From the NCBI RefSeq assembly GCF_051903065.1, contig NZ_CP178438.1: a stretch of 64,000 nucleotides of DNA, one strand, 5' to 3'. The position numbers and the translations under genes are program-made. Within the stretch, counting starts at the first letter, position 1. Every line of letters begins with the position of its first letter. Positions 34,867-45,920 of this stretch are shown here, one piece after another. The notes below the pieces were generated by a model. The model was given only the letters and a program-made list of their open reading frames with translations. It was not told the DNA's origin and did no database searches. This DNA is from Escherichia coli (GTDB lineage: Bacteria > Pseudomonadota > Gammaproteobacteria > Enterobacterales > Enterobacteriaceae).

Positions 34867-37800
34867 ATGAGTAAATTCCTGGACCGGTTTCGCTACTTCA
34901 AACAGAAGGGTGAAACCTTTGCCGATGGGCATGGCCAGCTTCTCAATACCAACCGTGACTGGGAGGATGGATATCGCCAGCGTTGGCAGCATGACAAAAT
35001 CGTCCGCTCTACCCACGGGGTAAACTGCACCGGCTCCTGCAGCTGGAAAATCTACGTCAAAAACGGTCTGGTCACCTGGGAAACCCAGCAGACTGACTAT
35101 CCGCGTACCCGTCCGGATCTGCCAAACCATGAACCTCGCGGCTGCCCGCGCGGTGCCAGCTACTCCTGGTATCTTTACAGTGCCAACCGCCTGAAATACC
35201 CGATGATGCGCAAACGCCTGATGAAAATGTGGCGTGAAGCGAAGGCGCTGCATAGCGATCCGGTTGAGGCATGGGCTTCTATCATTGAAGACGCCGATAA
35301 AGCGAAAAGCTTTAAGCAGGCGCGTGGACGCGGTGGTTTTGTTCGTTCTTCCTGGCAGGAGGTGAACGAACTGATCGCCGCATCTAACGTTTACACCATC
35401 AAAAACTACGGCCCGGACCGTGTTGCTGGTTTCTCGCCAATTCCGGCAATGTCGATGGTTTCTTACGCATCGGGTGCACGCTATCTCTCGCTGATTGGCG
35501 GTACTTGCTTAAGCTTCTACGACTGGTACTGCGACCTGCCTCCTGCGTCTCCGCAAACCTGGGGCGAGCAAACTGACGTACCGGAATCTGCTGACTGGTA
35601 CAACTCCAGCTACATCATCGCCTGGGGTTCAAACGTGCCGCAGACGCGTACCCCGGATGCTCACTTCTTTACTGAAGTGCGTTACAAAGGGACCAAAACT
35701 GTTGCCGTCACGCCGGACTACGCTGAAATCGCCAAACTGTGCGATCTGTGGCTGGCACCGAAACAGGGCACCGATGCGGCAATGGCGCTGGCAATGGGCC
35801 ACGTAATGCTGCGTGAATTCCACCTCGATAACCCAAGCCAGTATTTCACCGACTATGTGCGTCGCTACACCGACATGCCGATGCTGGTGATGCTGGAAGA
35901 ACGCGACGGTTACTACGCTGCGGGTCGTATGCTGCGCGCTGCTGATCTGGTGGATGCGCTGGGTCAGGAAAACAATCCGGAATGGAAAACTGTCGCCTTT
36001 AATACCAATGGCGAAATGGTTGCGCCGAACGGTTCTATTGGCTTCCGCTGGGGCGAGAAGGGCAAATGGAATCTTGAGCAGCGCGACGGCAAAACTGGCG
36101 AAGAAACCGAGCTGCAACTGAGCCTGCTGGGTAGCCAGGATGAGATCGCTGAGGTGGGCTTCCCGTACTTTGGTGGCGACGGCACGGAACACTTCAACAA
36201 AGTGGAACTGGAAAACGTGCTCCTGCACAAGCTGCCGGTGAAACGCCTGCAACTGGCTGACGGCAGCACCGCTCTGGTGACCACCGTTTACGATCTGACG
36301 CTGGCAAACTACGGTCTGGAACGTGGCCTGAACGACGTTAACTGTGCAACCAGCTATGACGATGTGAAAGCTTATACCCCGGCCTGGGCCGAGCAGATTA
36401 CCGGCGTTTCTCGCAGCCAGATTATTCGCATCGCCCGTGAATTTGCCGATAACGCTGATAAAACGCACGGTCGTTCGATGATTATCGTCGGTGCGGGGCT
36501 GAACCACTGGTATCACCTCGATATGAACTATCGTGGTCTGATCAACATGCTGATTTTCTGCGGCTGTGTCGGTCAGAGCGGGGGCGGCTGGGCGCACTAT
36601 GTAGGTCAGGAAAAACTGCGTCCGCAAACCGGCTGGCAGCCGCTGGCGTTTGCCCTTGACTGGCAGCGTCCGGCGCGTCACATGAACAGCACTTCTTATT
36701 TCTATAACCACTCCAGCCAGTGGCGTTATGAAACCGTCACGGCGGAAGAGTTGTTGTCACCGATGGCGGATAAATCCCGTTATACCGGACACCTGATCGA
36801 CTTTAACGTCCGTGCGGAACGCATGGGCTGGCTGCCGTCTGCACCGCAGTTAGGCACTAACCCGCTGACTATCGCTGGCGAAGCGGAAAAAGCCGGGATG
36901 AATCCGGTGGACTATACGGTGAAATCCCTGAAAGAGGGTTCCATCCGTTTTGCGGCAGAACAACCAGAAAACGGTAAAAACCACCCGCGCAACCTGTTCA
37001 TCTGGCGTTCTAACCTGCTCGGTTCTTCCGGTAAAGGTCATGAGTTTATGCTCAAGTACCTGCTGGGGACGGAGCACGGTATCCAGGGTAAAGATCTGGG
37101 GCAGCAGGGCGGCGTGAAGCCGGAAGAAGTGGACTGGCAGGACAATGGTCTGGAAGGCAAGCTGGATCTGGTGGTTACGCTGGACTTCCGTCTGTCGAGC
37201 ACCTGTCTCTATTCCGACATCATTTTGCCGACGGCGACCTGGTACGAAAAAGACGACATGAATACATCGGATATGCATCCGTTTATTCACCCGCTGTCTG
37301 CGGCGGTCGATCCGGCCTGGGAAGCGAAAAGCGACTGGGAAATCTACAAAGCCATCGCGAAGAAATTCTCCGAAGTGTGCGTCGGCCATCTGGGTAAAGA
37401 AACCGACATCGTCACGCTGCCTATCCAGCACGACTCTGCCGCTGAACTGGCGCAGCCGCTGGATGTGAAAGATTGGAAAAAAGGCGAATGCGACCTGATC
37501 CCAGGCAAAACTGCACCGCACATTATGGTCGTAGAGCGCGATTATCCAGCGACTTACGAACGCTTTACCTCTATCGGCCCGCTGATGGAGAAAATCGGTA
37601 ATGGCGGTAAAGGGATTGCATGGAACACCCAGAGCGAGATGGATCTGCTGCGTAAGCTCAACTACACCAAAGCGGAAGGTCCGGCGAAAGGCCAGCCGAT
37701 GCTGAACACCGCAATTGATGCGGCAGAGATGATCCTGACGCTGGCACCGGAAACCAACGGTCAGGTAGCCGTGAAAGCCTGGGCTGCCCTGAGCGAGTTT

Positions 37801-38610
37801 ACCGGTCGTGACCATACGCATCTGGCGCTGAATAAAGAAGACGAGAAGATCCGCTTCCGCGATATTCAGGCACAGCCGCGCAAAATTATCTCCAGCCCGA
37901 CCTGGTCTGGTCTGGAAGATGAACACGTTTCTTACAACGCCGGTTACACCAACGTTCACGAGCTGATCCCATGGCGTACGCTCTCTGGTCGTCAGCAACT
38001 GTATCAGGATCACCAGTGGATGCGTGATTTCGGTGAAAGCCTGCTGGTTTATCGTCCGCCGATCGACACCCGTTCGGTGAAAGAAGTGATAGGCCAGAAA
38101 TCCAACGGCAACCCGGAAAAAGCGCTCAACTTCCTGACGCCGCACCAGAAGTGGGGTATCCACTCCACCTACAGCGACAACCTGCTGATGCTGACTTTAG
38201 GTCGCGGTGGTCCGGTGGTCTGGTTGAGTGAAGCCGATGCCAAAGAGCTGGGTATCGCCGATAACGACTGGATTGAAGTCTTCAACAGCAACGGCGCTCT
38301 GACTGCCCGTGCGGTTGTCAGCCAGCGTGTTCCGGCAGGGATGACCATGATGTACCACGCGCAGGAACGTATCGTTAACCTGCCTGGTTCGGAAATTACC
38401 CAACAGCGTGGTGGTATCCATAACTCGGTCACCCGTATCACGCCGAAACCGACGCATATGATCGGCGGCTATGCCCATCTGGCATACGGCTTTAACTACT
38501 ACGGCACCGTAGGTTCTAACCGCGATGAGTTTGTTGTAGTGCGTAAGATGAAGAACATTGACTGGTTAGATGGCGAAGGCAATGACCAGGTACAGGAGAG
38601 CGTAAAATGA
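34867..38610 (+). CDS. narG: respiratory nitrate reductase A alpha subunit
   Basis: 1247-aa ORF; N-terminal HGVNCTGSCSWK FeS-binding motif; molybdopterin oxidoreductase family. Confidence 0.97.
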   Translation: MSKFLDRFRYFKQKGETFADGHGQLLNTNRDWEDGYRQRWQHDKIVRSTHGVNCTGSCSWKIYVKNGLVTWETQQTDYPRTRPDLPNHEPRGCPRGASYSWYLYSANRLKYPMMRKRLMKMWREAKALHSDPVEAWASIIEDADKAKSFKQARGRGGFVRSSWQEVNELIAASNVYTIKNYGPDRVAGFSPIPAMSMVSYASGARYLSLIGGTCLSFYDWYCDLPPASPQTWGEQTDVPESADWYNSSYIIAWGSNVPQTRTPDAHFFTEVRYKGTKTVAVTPDYAEIAKLCDLWLAPKQGTDAAMALAMGHVMLREFHLDNPSQYFTDYVRRYTDMPMLVMLEERDGYYAAGRMLRAADLVDALGQENNPEWKTVAFNTNGEMVAPNGSIGFRWGEKGKWNLEQRDGKTGEETELQLSLLGSQDEIAEVGFPYFGGDGTEHFNKVELENVLLHKLPVKRLQLADGSTALVTTVYDLTLANYGLERGLNDVNCATSYDDVKAYTPAWAEQITGVSRSQIIRIAREFADNADKTHGRSMIIVGAGLNHWYHLDMNYRGLINMLIFCGCVGQSGGGWAHYVGQEKLRPQTGWQPLAFALDWQRPARHMNSTSYFYNHSSQWRYETVTAEELLSPMADKSRYTGHLIDFNVRAERMGWLPSAPQLGTNPLTIAGEAEKAGMNPVDYTVKSLKEGSIRFAAEQPENGKNHPRNLFIWRSNLLGSSGKGHEFMLKYLLGTEHGIQGKDLGQQGGVKPEEVDWQDNGLEGKLDLVVTLDFRLSSTCLYSDIILPTATWYEKDDMNTSDMHPFIHPLSAAVDPAWEAKSDWEIYKAIAKKFSEVCVGHLGKETDIVTLPIQHDSAAELAQPLDVKDWKKGECDLIPGKTAPHIMVVERDYPATYERFTSIGPLMEKIGNGGKGIAWNTQSEMDLLRKLNYTKAEGPAKGQPMLNTAIDAAEMILTLAPETNGQVAVKAWAALSEFTGRDHTHLALNKEDEKIRFRDIQAQPRKIISSPTWSGLEDEHVSYNAGYTNVHELIPWRTLSGRQQLYQDHQWMRDFGESLLVYRPPIDTRSVKEVIGQKSNGNPEKALNFLTPHQKWGIHSTYSDNLLMLTLGRGGPVVWLSEADAKELGIADNDWIEVFNSNGALTARAVVSQRVPAGMTMMYHAQERIVNLPGSEITQQRGGIHNSVTRITPKPTHMIGGYAHLAYGFNYYGTVGSNRDEFVVVRKMKNIDWLDGEGNDQVQESVK

Positions 38611-40145
38611 AAATTCGTTCACAAGTCGGCATGGTGCTGAATCTCGATAAGTGCATCGGCTGCCACACCTGTTCAGTTACCTGTAAAAACGTCTGGACCA
38701 GCCGTGAAGGCGTGGAATACGCGTGGTTCAACAACGTGGAAACCAAGCCGGGCCAGGGCTTCCCGACTGACTGGGAAAACCAGGAAAAATACAAAGGCGG
38801 CTGGATCCGTAAAATCAACGGCAAACTGCAGCCGCGCATGGGTAACCGTGCCATGCTGCTGGGTAAAATCTTCGCTAACCCGCATCTGCCGGGGATCGAC
38901 GATTATTACGAGCCGTTCGATTTTGACTATCAGAACCTGCATACCGCGCCGGAAGGCAGCAAATCGCAGCCGATTGCCCGTCCGCGTTCGCTGATTACCG
39001 GGGAACGGATGGCGAAAATCGAAAAAGGGCCGAACTGGGAAGATGACTTGGGCGGTGAGTTTGACAAACTGGCGAAAGACAAGAACTTCGACAACATCCA
39101 GAAGGCGATGTATAGCCAGTTCGAAAACACCTTCATGATGTATTTGCCGCGCCTGTGCGAACACTGCCTGAACCCGGCATGTGTGGCGACCTGCCCGAGC
39201 GGTGCGATTTACAAGCGTGAAGAAGATGGCATCGTCCTGATCGACCAGGATAAATGCCGTGGCTGGCGTATGTGCATCACCGGATGCCCGTACAAAAAAA
39301 TCTACTTCAACTGGAAGAGCGGTAAGTCTGAGAAGTGCATCTTCTGCTATCCGCGTATTGAAGCGGGTCAGCCGACCGTGTGCTCAGAAACCTGTGTCGG
39401 TCGTATCCGTTATCTTGGCGTGCTGCTGTACGATGCCGACGCGATTGAACGTGCAGCCAGCACCGAGAACGAGAAAGATCTCTACCAGCGTCAGCTGGAG
39501 GTGTTCCTCGATCCGAACGATCCGAAAGTCATCGAGCAGGCGATTAAAGACGGTATTCCGCTGAGCGTTATTGAAGCTGCACAGCAGTCGCCGGTTTATA
39601 AAATGGCAATGGAATGGAAACTGGCGCTGCCGCTGCATCCAGAATATCGCACACTGCCGATGGTCTGGTACGTGCCGCCTCTGTCTCCGATTCAGTCTGC
39701 AGCAGACGCGGGTGAGCTGGGTAGCAACGGCATTCTGCCAGACGTCGAAAGCCTGCGTATTCCGGTACAGTATCTGGCGAATCTGCTGACCGCCGGTGAT
39801 ACCAAACCGGTACTGCGCGCGCTGAAACGTATGCTGGCGATGCGTCATTACAAACGTGCTGAAACCGTTGACGGTAAAGTTGATACCCGTGCGCTGGAAG
39901 AGGTCGGTCTGACCGAAGCCCAGGCACAGGAGATGTACCGTTATCTGGCGATTGCTAACTACGAAGATCGCTTTGTGGTGCCGAGTAGTCATCGTGAACT
40001 GGCACGGGAAGCCTTCCCGGAGAAAAATGGCTGCGGCTTTACCTTTGGTGATGGCTGCCACGGTTCAGATACCAAATTCAATCTGTTCAACAGCCGCCGT
40101 ATCGATGCCATCGACGTAACCAGCAAAACGGAGCCGCACCCATGA
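38607..40145 (+). CDS. narH: respiratory nitrate reductase A beta subunit (FeS)
   Basis: 512-aa ORF with multiple Cys clusters (CIGCHTCSVTC, CEHCLNPACVATCP); 4-nt overlap with narG. Confidence 0.97.
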   Translation: MKIRSQVGMVLNLDKCIGCHTCSVTCKNVWTSREGVEYAWFNNVETKPGQGFPTDWENQEKYKGGWIRKINGKLQPRMGNRAMLLGKIFANPHLPGIDDYYEPFDFDYQNLHTAPEGSKSQPIARPRSLITGERMAKIEKGPNWEDDLGGEFDKLAKDKNFDNIQKAMYSQFENTFMMYLPRLCEHCLNPACVATCPSGAIYKREEDGIVLIDQDKCRGWRMCITGCPYKKIYFNWKSGKSEKCIFCYPRIEAGQPTVCSETCVGRIRYLGVLLYDADAIERAASTENEKDLYQRQLEVFLDPNDPKVIEQAIKDGIPLSVIEAAQQSPVYKMAMEWKLALPLHPEYRTLPMVWYVPPLSPIQSAADAGELGSNGILPDVESLRIPVQYLANLLTAGDTKPVLRALKRMLAMRHYKRAETVDGKVDTRALEEVGLTEAQAQEMYRYLAIANYEDRFVVPSSHRELAREAFPEKNGCGFTFGDGCHGSDTKFNLFNSRRIDAIDVTSKTEPHP

Positions 40146-40852
40146 TCGAACTCGTGATTGTATCGCGTCTCCTTGAATATCCGGATGCTGCCTTATGGCA
40201 GCATCAACAAGAGATGTTTGAGGCGATTGCCGCGTCGAAAAATCTGCCAAAAGAGGATGCCCATGCGCTGGGCATTTTCCTGCGCGATTTAACGACGATG
40301 GATCCGCTCGATGCCCAGGCGCAGTACAGCGAACTGTTCGACCGTGGCCGCGCCACGTCACTGTTGCTGTTTGAACATGTGCACGGCGAATCCCGCGACC
40401 GCGGCCAGGCGATGGTGGACCTGCTGGCGCAGTACGAGCAGCACGGCTTGCAGTTAAACAGCCGCGAATTGCCGGACCATCTGCCGCTGTATCTGGAGTA
40501 CCTGGCGCAGCTACCGCAAAGCGAAGCCGTGGAAGGTTTGAAAGATATCGCGCCGATTCTGGCATTGCTGAGCGCGCGTCTGCAACAGCGTGAAAGCCGT
40601 TATGCCGTGCTGTTTGATCTGCTGCTGAAACTGGCGAATACCGCTATCGACAGCGACAAAGTGGCGGAAAAAATTGCCGACGAAGCGCGCGATGATACGC
40701 CGCAGGCGCTGGATGCTGTCTGGGAAGAAGAGCAGGTTAAATTCTTTGCTGACAAAGGCTGCGGTGATTCAGCAATCACTGCTCATCAGCGTCGCTTTGC
40801 CGGTGCCGTCGCGCCGCAATATCTGAATATCACCACCGGAGGACAGCACTAA
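40142..40852 (+). CDS. narJ: nitrate reductase assembly chaperone NarJ
   Basis: 236-aa ORF; 4-nt overlap with narH. Confidence 0.95.
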   Translation: MIELVIVSRLLEYPDAALWQHQQEMFEAIAASKNLPKEDAHALGIFLRDLTTMDPLDAQAQYSELFDRGRATSLLLFEHVHGESRDRGQAMVDLLAQYEQHGLQLNSRELPDHLPLYLEYLAQLPQSEAVEGLKDIAPILALLSARLQQRESRYAVLFDLLLKLANTAIDSDKVAEKIADEARDDTPQALDAVWEEEQVKFFADKGCGDSAITAHQRRFAGAVAPQYLNITTGGQH

Positions 40853-41529
40853 TGCAATTCCTGAATATGTTCTTCTTTGATATCTACCCGTACATAGCCG
40901 GGGCGGTCTTCCTGATTGGTAGCTGGCTGCGTTATGACTACGGGCAGTACACCTGGCGCGCGGCGTCCAGCCAGATGCTGGATCGCAAAGGGATGAACCT
41001 GGCGTCGAACCTGTTCCATATCGGTATTCTGGGGATTTTTGTCGGTCACTTCTTCGGTATGCTGACGCCGCACTGGATGTATGAAGCCTGGCTGCCGATT
41101 GAAGTGAAACAGAAAATGGCGATGTTTGCTGGTGGTGCCAGCGGCGTGCTGTGTCTGATTGGCGGCGTACTGTTGCTTAAGCGTCGTCTGTTCAGCCCAC
41201 GCGTGCGTGCAACCACTACCGGAGCGGATATCCTGATCCTGTCGCTGCTCGTTATCCAGTGCGCGCTGGGCCTGTTGACCATTCCGTTCTCCGCCCAACA
41301 TATGGACGGTAGCGAGATGATGAAACTGGTTGGCTGGGCGCAGTCGGTGGTGACCTTCCACGGTGGCGCTTCTCAACACCTCGATGGTGTGGCGTTTATC
41401 TTCCGTCTACACCTGGTGCTGGGGATGACGTTATTCCTGCTGTTCCCGTTCTCGCGTCTGGTACACATCTGGAGCGTACCGGTGGAGTATCTGACACGTA
41501 AGTACCAGCTGGTGCGCGCTCGTCACTAA
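40852..41529 (+). CDS. narI: respiratory nitrate reductase A gamma subunit (cytochrome b)
   Basis: 225-aa polytopic ORF; start overlaps narJ stop. Confidence 0.96.
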   Translation: MQFLNMFFFDIYPYIAGAVFLIGSWLRYDYGQYTWRAASSQMLDRKGMNLASNLFHIGILGIFVGHFFGMLTPHWMYEAWLPIEVKQKMAMFAGGASGVLCLIGGVLLLKRRLFSPRVRATTTGADILILSLLVIQCALGLLTIPFSAQHMDGSEMMKLVGWAQSVVTFHGGASQHLDGVAFIFRLHLVLGMTLFLLFPFSRLVHIWSVPVEYLTRKYQLVRARH

Positions 41530-41549
41530 GCGAATTTTAGTTCACATAG

Positions 41550-41574
41550 ACCCTGCTTCGGCGGGGTTTTTTTA
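41550..41574 (+). terminator. narGHJI intrinsic terminator
   Basis: Stem ACCCTGC/GCGGGGT with UUCG loop followed by T7. Confidence 0.6.
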
Positions 41575-41593
41575 TGGGCACGGTGCGGGGTGA

Positions 41594-41675
41594 GTTGTCG
41601 GATGCGCTTCGCTTATCCGACCTACAGGGGAGGATATTGTAGGTCCGGTAAACGCGGTGCCATCGGGCAAAATTA
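41594..41675. repeat. REP/BIME-like extragenic palindromic element
   Basis: GTCGGATGCGCTTCGCTTATCCGACCTACA resembles the REP consensus; inverted copy of GACCTACA / TGTAGGTC 11 bp apart. Confidence 0.5.
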
Positions 41676-41712
41676 GCTCGGAGTAACAGGTTTTGAGTAT
41701 TTCAGGAAGTAA

Positions 41713-41882
41713 TGGTGGTGGGGGAAGGATTACTAGCGCTTCGCCCTTCGGGTCGTTGCCTGCGGCAACGCTTTCTCGCTGGCGCTCGAGTCGAACCTTA
41801 GTCGAAGCTTCTCATCCTTCCCCGCTTGGGCAGAATATTTAATTACGGATTCGTTTGAGAGTTCAGGGACTTTTGAAAGTGA
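41713..41882 (-). repeat. tyrT-operon 3' repeat unit (rtT/tpr region), ending in a 19-nt copy of the tRNA-Tyr 3' end
   Basis: TGGTGGTGGGGGAAGGATT at 41713-41731 repeats the tRNA 3' end about 170 bp downstream of tyrV; only about one unit is present here. Confidence 0.6.
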
Positions 41883-41967
<85 letters not shown>

Positions 41968-42001
41968 AGGGGTAATTCAAATTTCGAGGTAATGCTTGAG
42001 A

Positions 42002-42086
<85 letters not shown>

Positions 42087-42135
42087 ACGGGGTAATGCTT
42101 TTTACTGGCCTGCTCCCTTATCGGGAAGCGGGGCG

Positions 42136-42164
42136 CATCATATCAAATGACGCGCCGCTGTAAA
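42136..42164 (-). promoter_or_regulatory. tyrT promoter (-35 TTTACA, 16-bp spacer, -10 TATGATG, GC-rich discriminator)
   Basis: Minus strand reads TTTACAGCGGCGCGTCATTTGATATGATGCGCCCCGCTTCCCG, placing +1 about 41 nt upstream of the mature tRNA 5' end. Confidence 0.8.
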
Positions 42165-42245
42165 GTGTTACGTTGAGAAAAATGAACTGGTTGCGTAATT
42201 TTCATCCGTAACGGATTAAAGGTAACCAGTTATTTTTGCTGGCGA

Positions 42246-43088
42246 TTAAAGAATAATCGTCCGATTACCGTAAACAAAGACGCGCTGCGCCAGTACTTTG
42301 TAGAGCGCGCGACTTAAGACGTTTTTCTCGACGTCACGACCTGCACGCATCATATCTTCAGCTGTGTAGGTATGATCGACATGAATAACGTCCTGCATGA
42401 TGATTGGGCCTTCGTCCAGATTGTCATTAACATAGTGAGCTGTTGCGCCAATAATCTTCACGCCACGTTCATAGGCCTGGTGATAAGGACGTGCGCCGAT
42501 AAACGCTGGCAGGAAGGAATGGTGAATATTGATGATCTTATTCGGGAAGCGTGACACAAATTCCGGTGTTAATACCCGCATATACTTCGCCAGCACCACG
42601 TAGTCAGGTTGATAAGCATCAATGGCATCCGCCATCTTTTGATCGTGCTCGTTGCGGCTTAACCCTTCATGGCTTACCAGCTCAAACGGTATATCAAAAC
42701 GCTCAACCAGAGAACGTAAAGTATCGTGGTTACCAATCACTGCCGCGATTTCGACATCCAGGCCGCCGTAATTGGCTTTCATCAACAAATCGCCAAGGCA
42801 ATGCGCTTCTTTAGTGACCAGAATCACTATCCGGCGACGACCGGCAGGATTCAGCTCACGCACGGAGCCTTCTGGCAATGCGCTATCGAGATCCGCCAGC
42901 AGGGTGGAATCATTAAAAATCCCTTCCAGTTCCGTGCGCATAAAAAAGCGCCCGGTACGGTGATCAACAAATTCATTGTTCTGTACGATATTTAACTCGT
43001 GCTTGTAGCAAATATTGGTAATACGTGCGATCAGACCTTTTTGGTCCGGACAAATAGTACGCAGAACTTTACGTTGGAGTGAATGCAT
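42246..43088 (-). CDS. purU: formyltetrahydrofolate deformylase
   Basis: 280-aa ORF MHSLQRKVLRTICPDQKGLIARITNICYKHELNIV (ACT domain plus formyltransferase domain). Confidence 0.96.
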   Translation of the reverse strand: MHSLQRKVLRTICPDQKGLIARITNICYKHELNIVQNNEFVDHRTGRFFMRTELEGIFNDSTLLADLDSALPEGSVRELNPAGRRRIVILVTKEAHCLGDLLMKANYGGLDVEIAAVIGNHDTLRSLVERFDIPFELVSHEGLSRNEHDQKMADAIDAYQPDYVVLAKYMRVLTPEFVSRFPNKIINIHHSFLPAFIGARPYHQAYERGVKIIGATAHYVNDNLDEGPIIMQDVIHVDHTYTAEDMMRAGRDVEKNVLSRALYKVLAQRVFVYGNRTIIL

Positions 43089-43137
43089 TGCTGGAAAAAC
43101 CTTGTTGAGAGTGTTTGCTAAACCGTACCGTCAACCA

Positions 43138-43596
43138 TTATTGGCCGCAGCACTTTTTAAATTTTTTACCTGAACCACAAGGGCAGGGATCGTTGCGGCC
43201 AAACTGCGGACGTGTACCGTCAATATAGTACCATTGACCGTTTTCTTTCAAAAATCGCGAACGTTCAATTATTGCACCTGTTTTGCCACCTTCGGTAAAT
43301 CGAGCAACAAAACTGACGAATCCGATATTGTCGGCGTCCTGCCAACAATGTTCAAATACGGTCAATCCCAACCATTCAGTATGCGCAAATCCGGCAATCA
43401 ATTCGGCACGTAACGCCGCTGCTCCACAAGATGGATGCCAGGTCTTTATTAAATAATCTGCGTCTTGCATCACAAAAGCGCAGTAACGCGAACGCATGAG
43501 ATGTTCTGGATCAGGTGCAACCTTTTCACCAGACACATAAGGGTGGCAACATAGGCTATACTCGACAGCACTACCACAGGGACAAAGCTGAGACAC
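43138..43596 (-). CDS. ychJ: UPF0225 protein YchJ (SEC-C motif); GTG start
   Basis: ORF 43138..43617; recognised N-terminus (M)[19 protein letters not shown] begins at an in-frame GTG; C-terminal [15 protein letters not shown]. Confidence 0.85.
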   Translation of the reverse strand: MSQLCPCGSAVEYSLCCHPYVSGEKVAPDPEHLMRSRYCAFVMQDADYLIKTWHPSCGAAALRAELIAGFAHTEWLGLTVFEHCWQDADNIGFVSFVARFTEGGKTGAIIERSRFLKENGQWYYIDGTRPQFGRNDPCPCGSGKKFKKCCGQ

Positions 43597-43708
43597 AAAT
43601 AATCTCCCTGGAAACAATAACGGCGTATTAACCGCCTGAGTAGCACTATGTTAACCGAGCAGTAGCGATGTGGCTACGATTGCATTCCAGGGGAATCTTG
43701 CGGGAATA

Positions 43709-44614
43709 ATGAGAAAGATAAAAATAGGGCTGGCGCTGGGATCTGGCGCGGCGAGAGGTTGGTCGCATATTGGCGTTATTAATGCGCTAAAAAAAGTGGG
43801 TATTGAAATTGATATCGTTGCAGGATGTTCAATTGGTTCGCTGGTGGGCGCTGCCTATGCATGCGATCGATTATCTGCGCTGGAAGATTGGGTGACCTCT
43901 TTCAGTTATTGGGATGTTTTACGCCTGATGGATCTCTCCTGGCAGCGCGGTGGGTTACTGCGTGGCGAGCGTGTCTTCAATCAATACCGCGAAATAATGC
44001 CGGAAACAGAGATCGAAAATTGTTCCCGTCGCTTCGCGGCTGTTGCCACCAATTTAAGTACTGGGCGTGAATTATGGTTTACTGAAGGCGATCTCCATCT
44101 TGCTATTCGCGCATCATGCAGTATTCCAGGACTAATGGCACCCGTTGCGCATAACGGCTACTGGCTGGTTGATGGGGCAGTCGTTAACCCAATTCCTATT
44201 TCGCTCACGCGTGCATTGGGTGCTGATATTGTGATAGCGGTCGACCTGCAGCACGATGCTCATTTGATGCAACAAGATTTGCTCTCCTTTAATGTCAGTG
44301 AAGAAAATAGCGAGAATGGTGATTCTCTGCCGTGGCATGCGCGTCTGAAAGAAAGGTTAGGCAGCATAACGACACGTCGGGCGGTGACAGCACCAACGGC
44401 AACAGAGATTATGACCACTTCTATCCAGGTGCTGGAGAACCGCCTTAAAAGGAACCGCATGGCAGGTGATCCGCCCGATATTCTGATTCAACCTGTTTGC
44501 CCGCAAATATCTACGCTTGATTTCCATCGCGCGCACGCTGCCATTGCGGCCGGACAGCTGGCAGTGGAAAAGAAAATGGACGAACTTTTGCCGTTGGTAC
44601 GCACCAACATTTGA
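43709..44614 (+). CDS. rssA: patatin-like phospholipase RssA
   Basis: ORF 43670..44614; start set to MRKIKIGLALGSGAARGWSHIGV; GxSxG motif (GCSIGS). Confidence 0.9.
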   Translation: MRKIKIGLALGSGAARGWSHIGVINALKKVGIEIDIVAGCSIGSLVGAAYACDRLSALEDWVTSFSYWDVLRLMDLSWQRGGLLRGERVFNQYREIMPETEIENCSRRFAAVATNLSTGRELWFTEGDLHLAIRASCSIPGLMAPVAHNGYWLVDGAVVNPIPISLTRALGADIVIAVDLQHDAHLMQQDLLSFNVSEENSENGDSLPWHARLKERLGSITTRRAVTAPTATEIMTTSIQVLENRLKRNRMAGDPPDILIQPVCPQISTLDFHRAHAAIAAGQLAVEKKMDELLPLVRTNI

Positions 44615-44705
44615 CCAGAATTTTTATCTACACTTAAGTTAATTCTGACAGGCGCAGGTGGCAATAGCATGCCACTATTGAGTAAAGCCAGTCAGGGGAG
44701 AGAAC

Positions 44706-45719
44706 ATGACGCAGCCATTGGTCGGAAAACAGATTCTCATTGTTGAAGATGAGCAGGTATTTCGCTCGCTTCTGGATTCGTGGTTTTCCTCATTGGGAGC
44801 GACAACGGTACTGGCGGCTGATGGGGTGGATGCCCTTGAGTTGCTGGGAGGTTTCACTCCAGACCTGATGATATGTGATATCGCGATGCCACGAATGAAC
44901 GGGCTTAAACTGCTGGAGCATATACGTAACAGAGGCGACCAGACCCCAGTTCTGGTGATATCTGCCACTGAAAATATGGCAGATATTGCCAAAGCGTTAC
45001 GTCTGGGCGTTGAAGATGTTTTGCTGAAACCAGTTAAAGATCTGAATCGCTTGCGCGAGATGGTTTTTGCCTGTCTCTATCCCAGCATGTTTAATTCGCG
45101 CGTTGAGGAAGAGGAAAGGCTTTTTCGCGACTGGGATGCAATGGTTGATAACCCTGCCGCAGCGGCGAAATTATTACAGGAACTACAACCGCCGGTTCAG
45201 CAGGTGATTTCCCATTGCCGGGTTAATTATCGTCAATTGGTTGCCGCGGACAAACCCGGCCTGGTGCTTGATATTGCCGCACTTTCGGAAAACGATCTGG
45301 CATTTTATTGCCTTGATGTAACCCGAGCTGGACATAATGGCGTACTTGCTGCCTTGTTATTACGCGCATTGTTTAACGGATTATTACAGGAACAGCTTGC
45401 ACACCAAAATCAACGGTTGCCAGAGTTGGGCGCGTTATTGAAGCAGGTAAACCATTTACTCCGTCAGGCCAATCTGCCGGGGCAGTTTCCGCTATTAGTT
45501 GGCTATTATCATCGCGAACTGAAAAATCTCATTCTGGTTTCTGCGGGTCTGAATGCGACGTTAAATACCGGCGAACACCAGGTGCAAATCAGTAATGGTG
45601 TTCCGTTAGGCACTTTAGGTAACGCTTATTTGAATCAATTGAGCCAGCGATGCGATGCCTGGCAATGCCAAATATGGGGAACCGGTGGTCGGCTGCGCTT
45701 GATGTTGTCTGCAGAATGA
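44706..45719 (+). CDS. rssB: RpoS-degradation adaptor RssB (response regulator)
   Basis: 337-aa ORF with N-terminal receiver domain (..ILIVEDEQVFRSLL.., DIAMPRMNGL). Confidence 0.95.
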   Translation: MTQPLVGKQILIVEDEQVFRSLLDSWFSSLGATTVLAADGVDALELLGGFTPDLMICDIAMPRMNGLKLLEHIRNRGDQTPVLVISATENMADIAKALRLGVEDVLLKPVKDLNRLREMVFACLYPSMFNSRVEEEERLFRDWDAMVDNPAAAAKLLQELQPPVQQVISHCRVNYRQLVAADKPGLVLDIAALSENDLAFYCLDVTRAGHNGVLAALLLRALFNGLLQEQLAHQNQRLPELGALLKQVNHLLRQANLPGQFPLLVGYYHRELKNLILVSAGLNATLNTGEHQVQISNGVPLGTLGNAYLNQLSQRCDAWQCQIWGTGGRLRLMLSAE

Positions 45720-45920
45720 GCAAACGATAACGCGGGCTAAATTTGCATTACCAGCTAATGTCGGCTGGTGGTACTATCGTCGCCATTCGTATAAGTAATT
45801 GTCTTAATTATGCTAACTCGCATCCTTTTCAGAACTTAGCCCCTCCGGTGTGCTGATATACTGGGATGCGATACAGAAATATGAACACGTTCAAAACACG
45901 AACAGTCCAGGAGAATTTAA

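Noticed and set aside
35629-36711. 360-aa minus-strand ORF inside narG
   Set aside because: Same reasoning: a shadow ORF antisense to narG.
36850-38163. 437-aa ORF on the minus strand inside narG
   Set aside because: It is entirely antisense to a clearly recognised, highly expressed gene (narG). Long stop-free antisense frames are expected opposite a GC-rich coding region; there is no SD or recognisable protein family.
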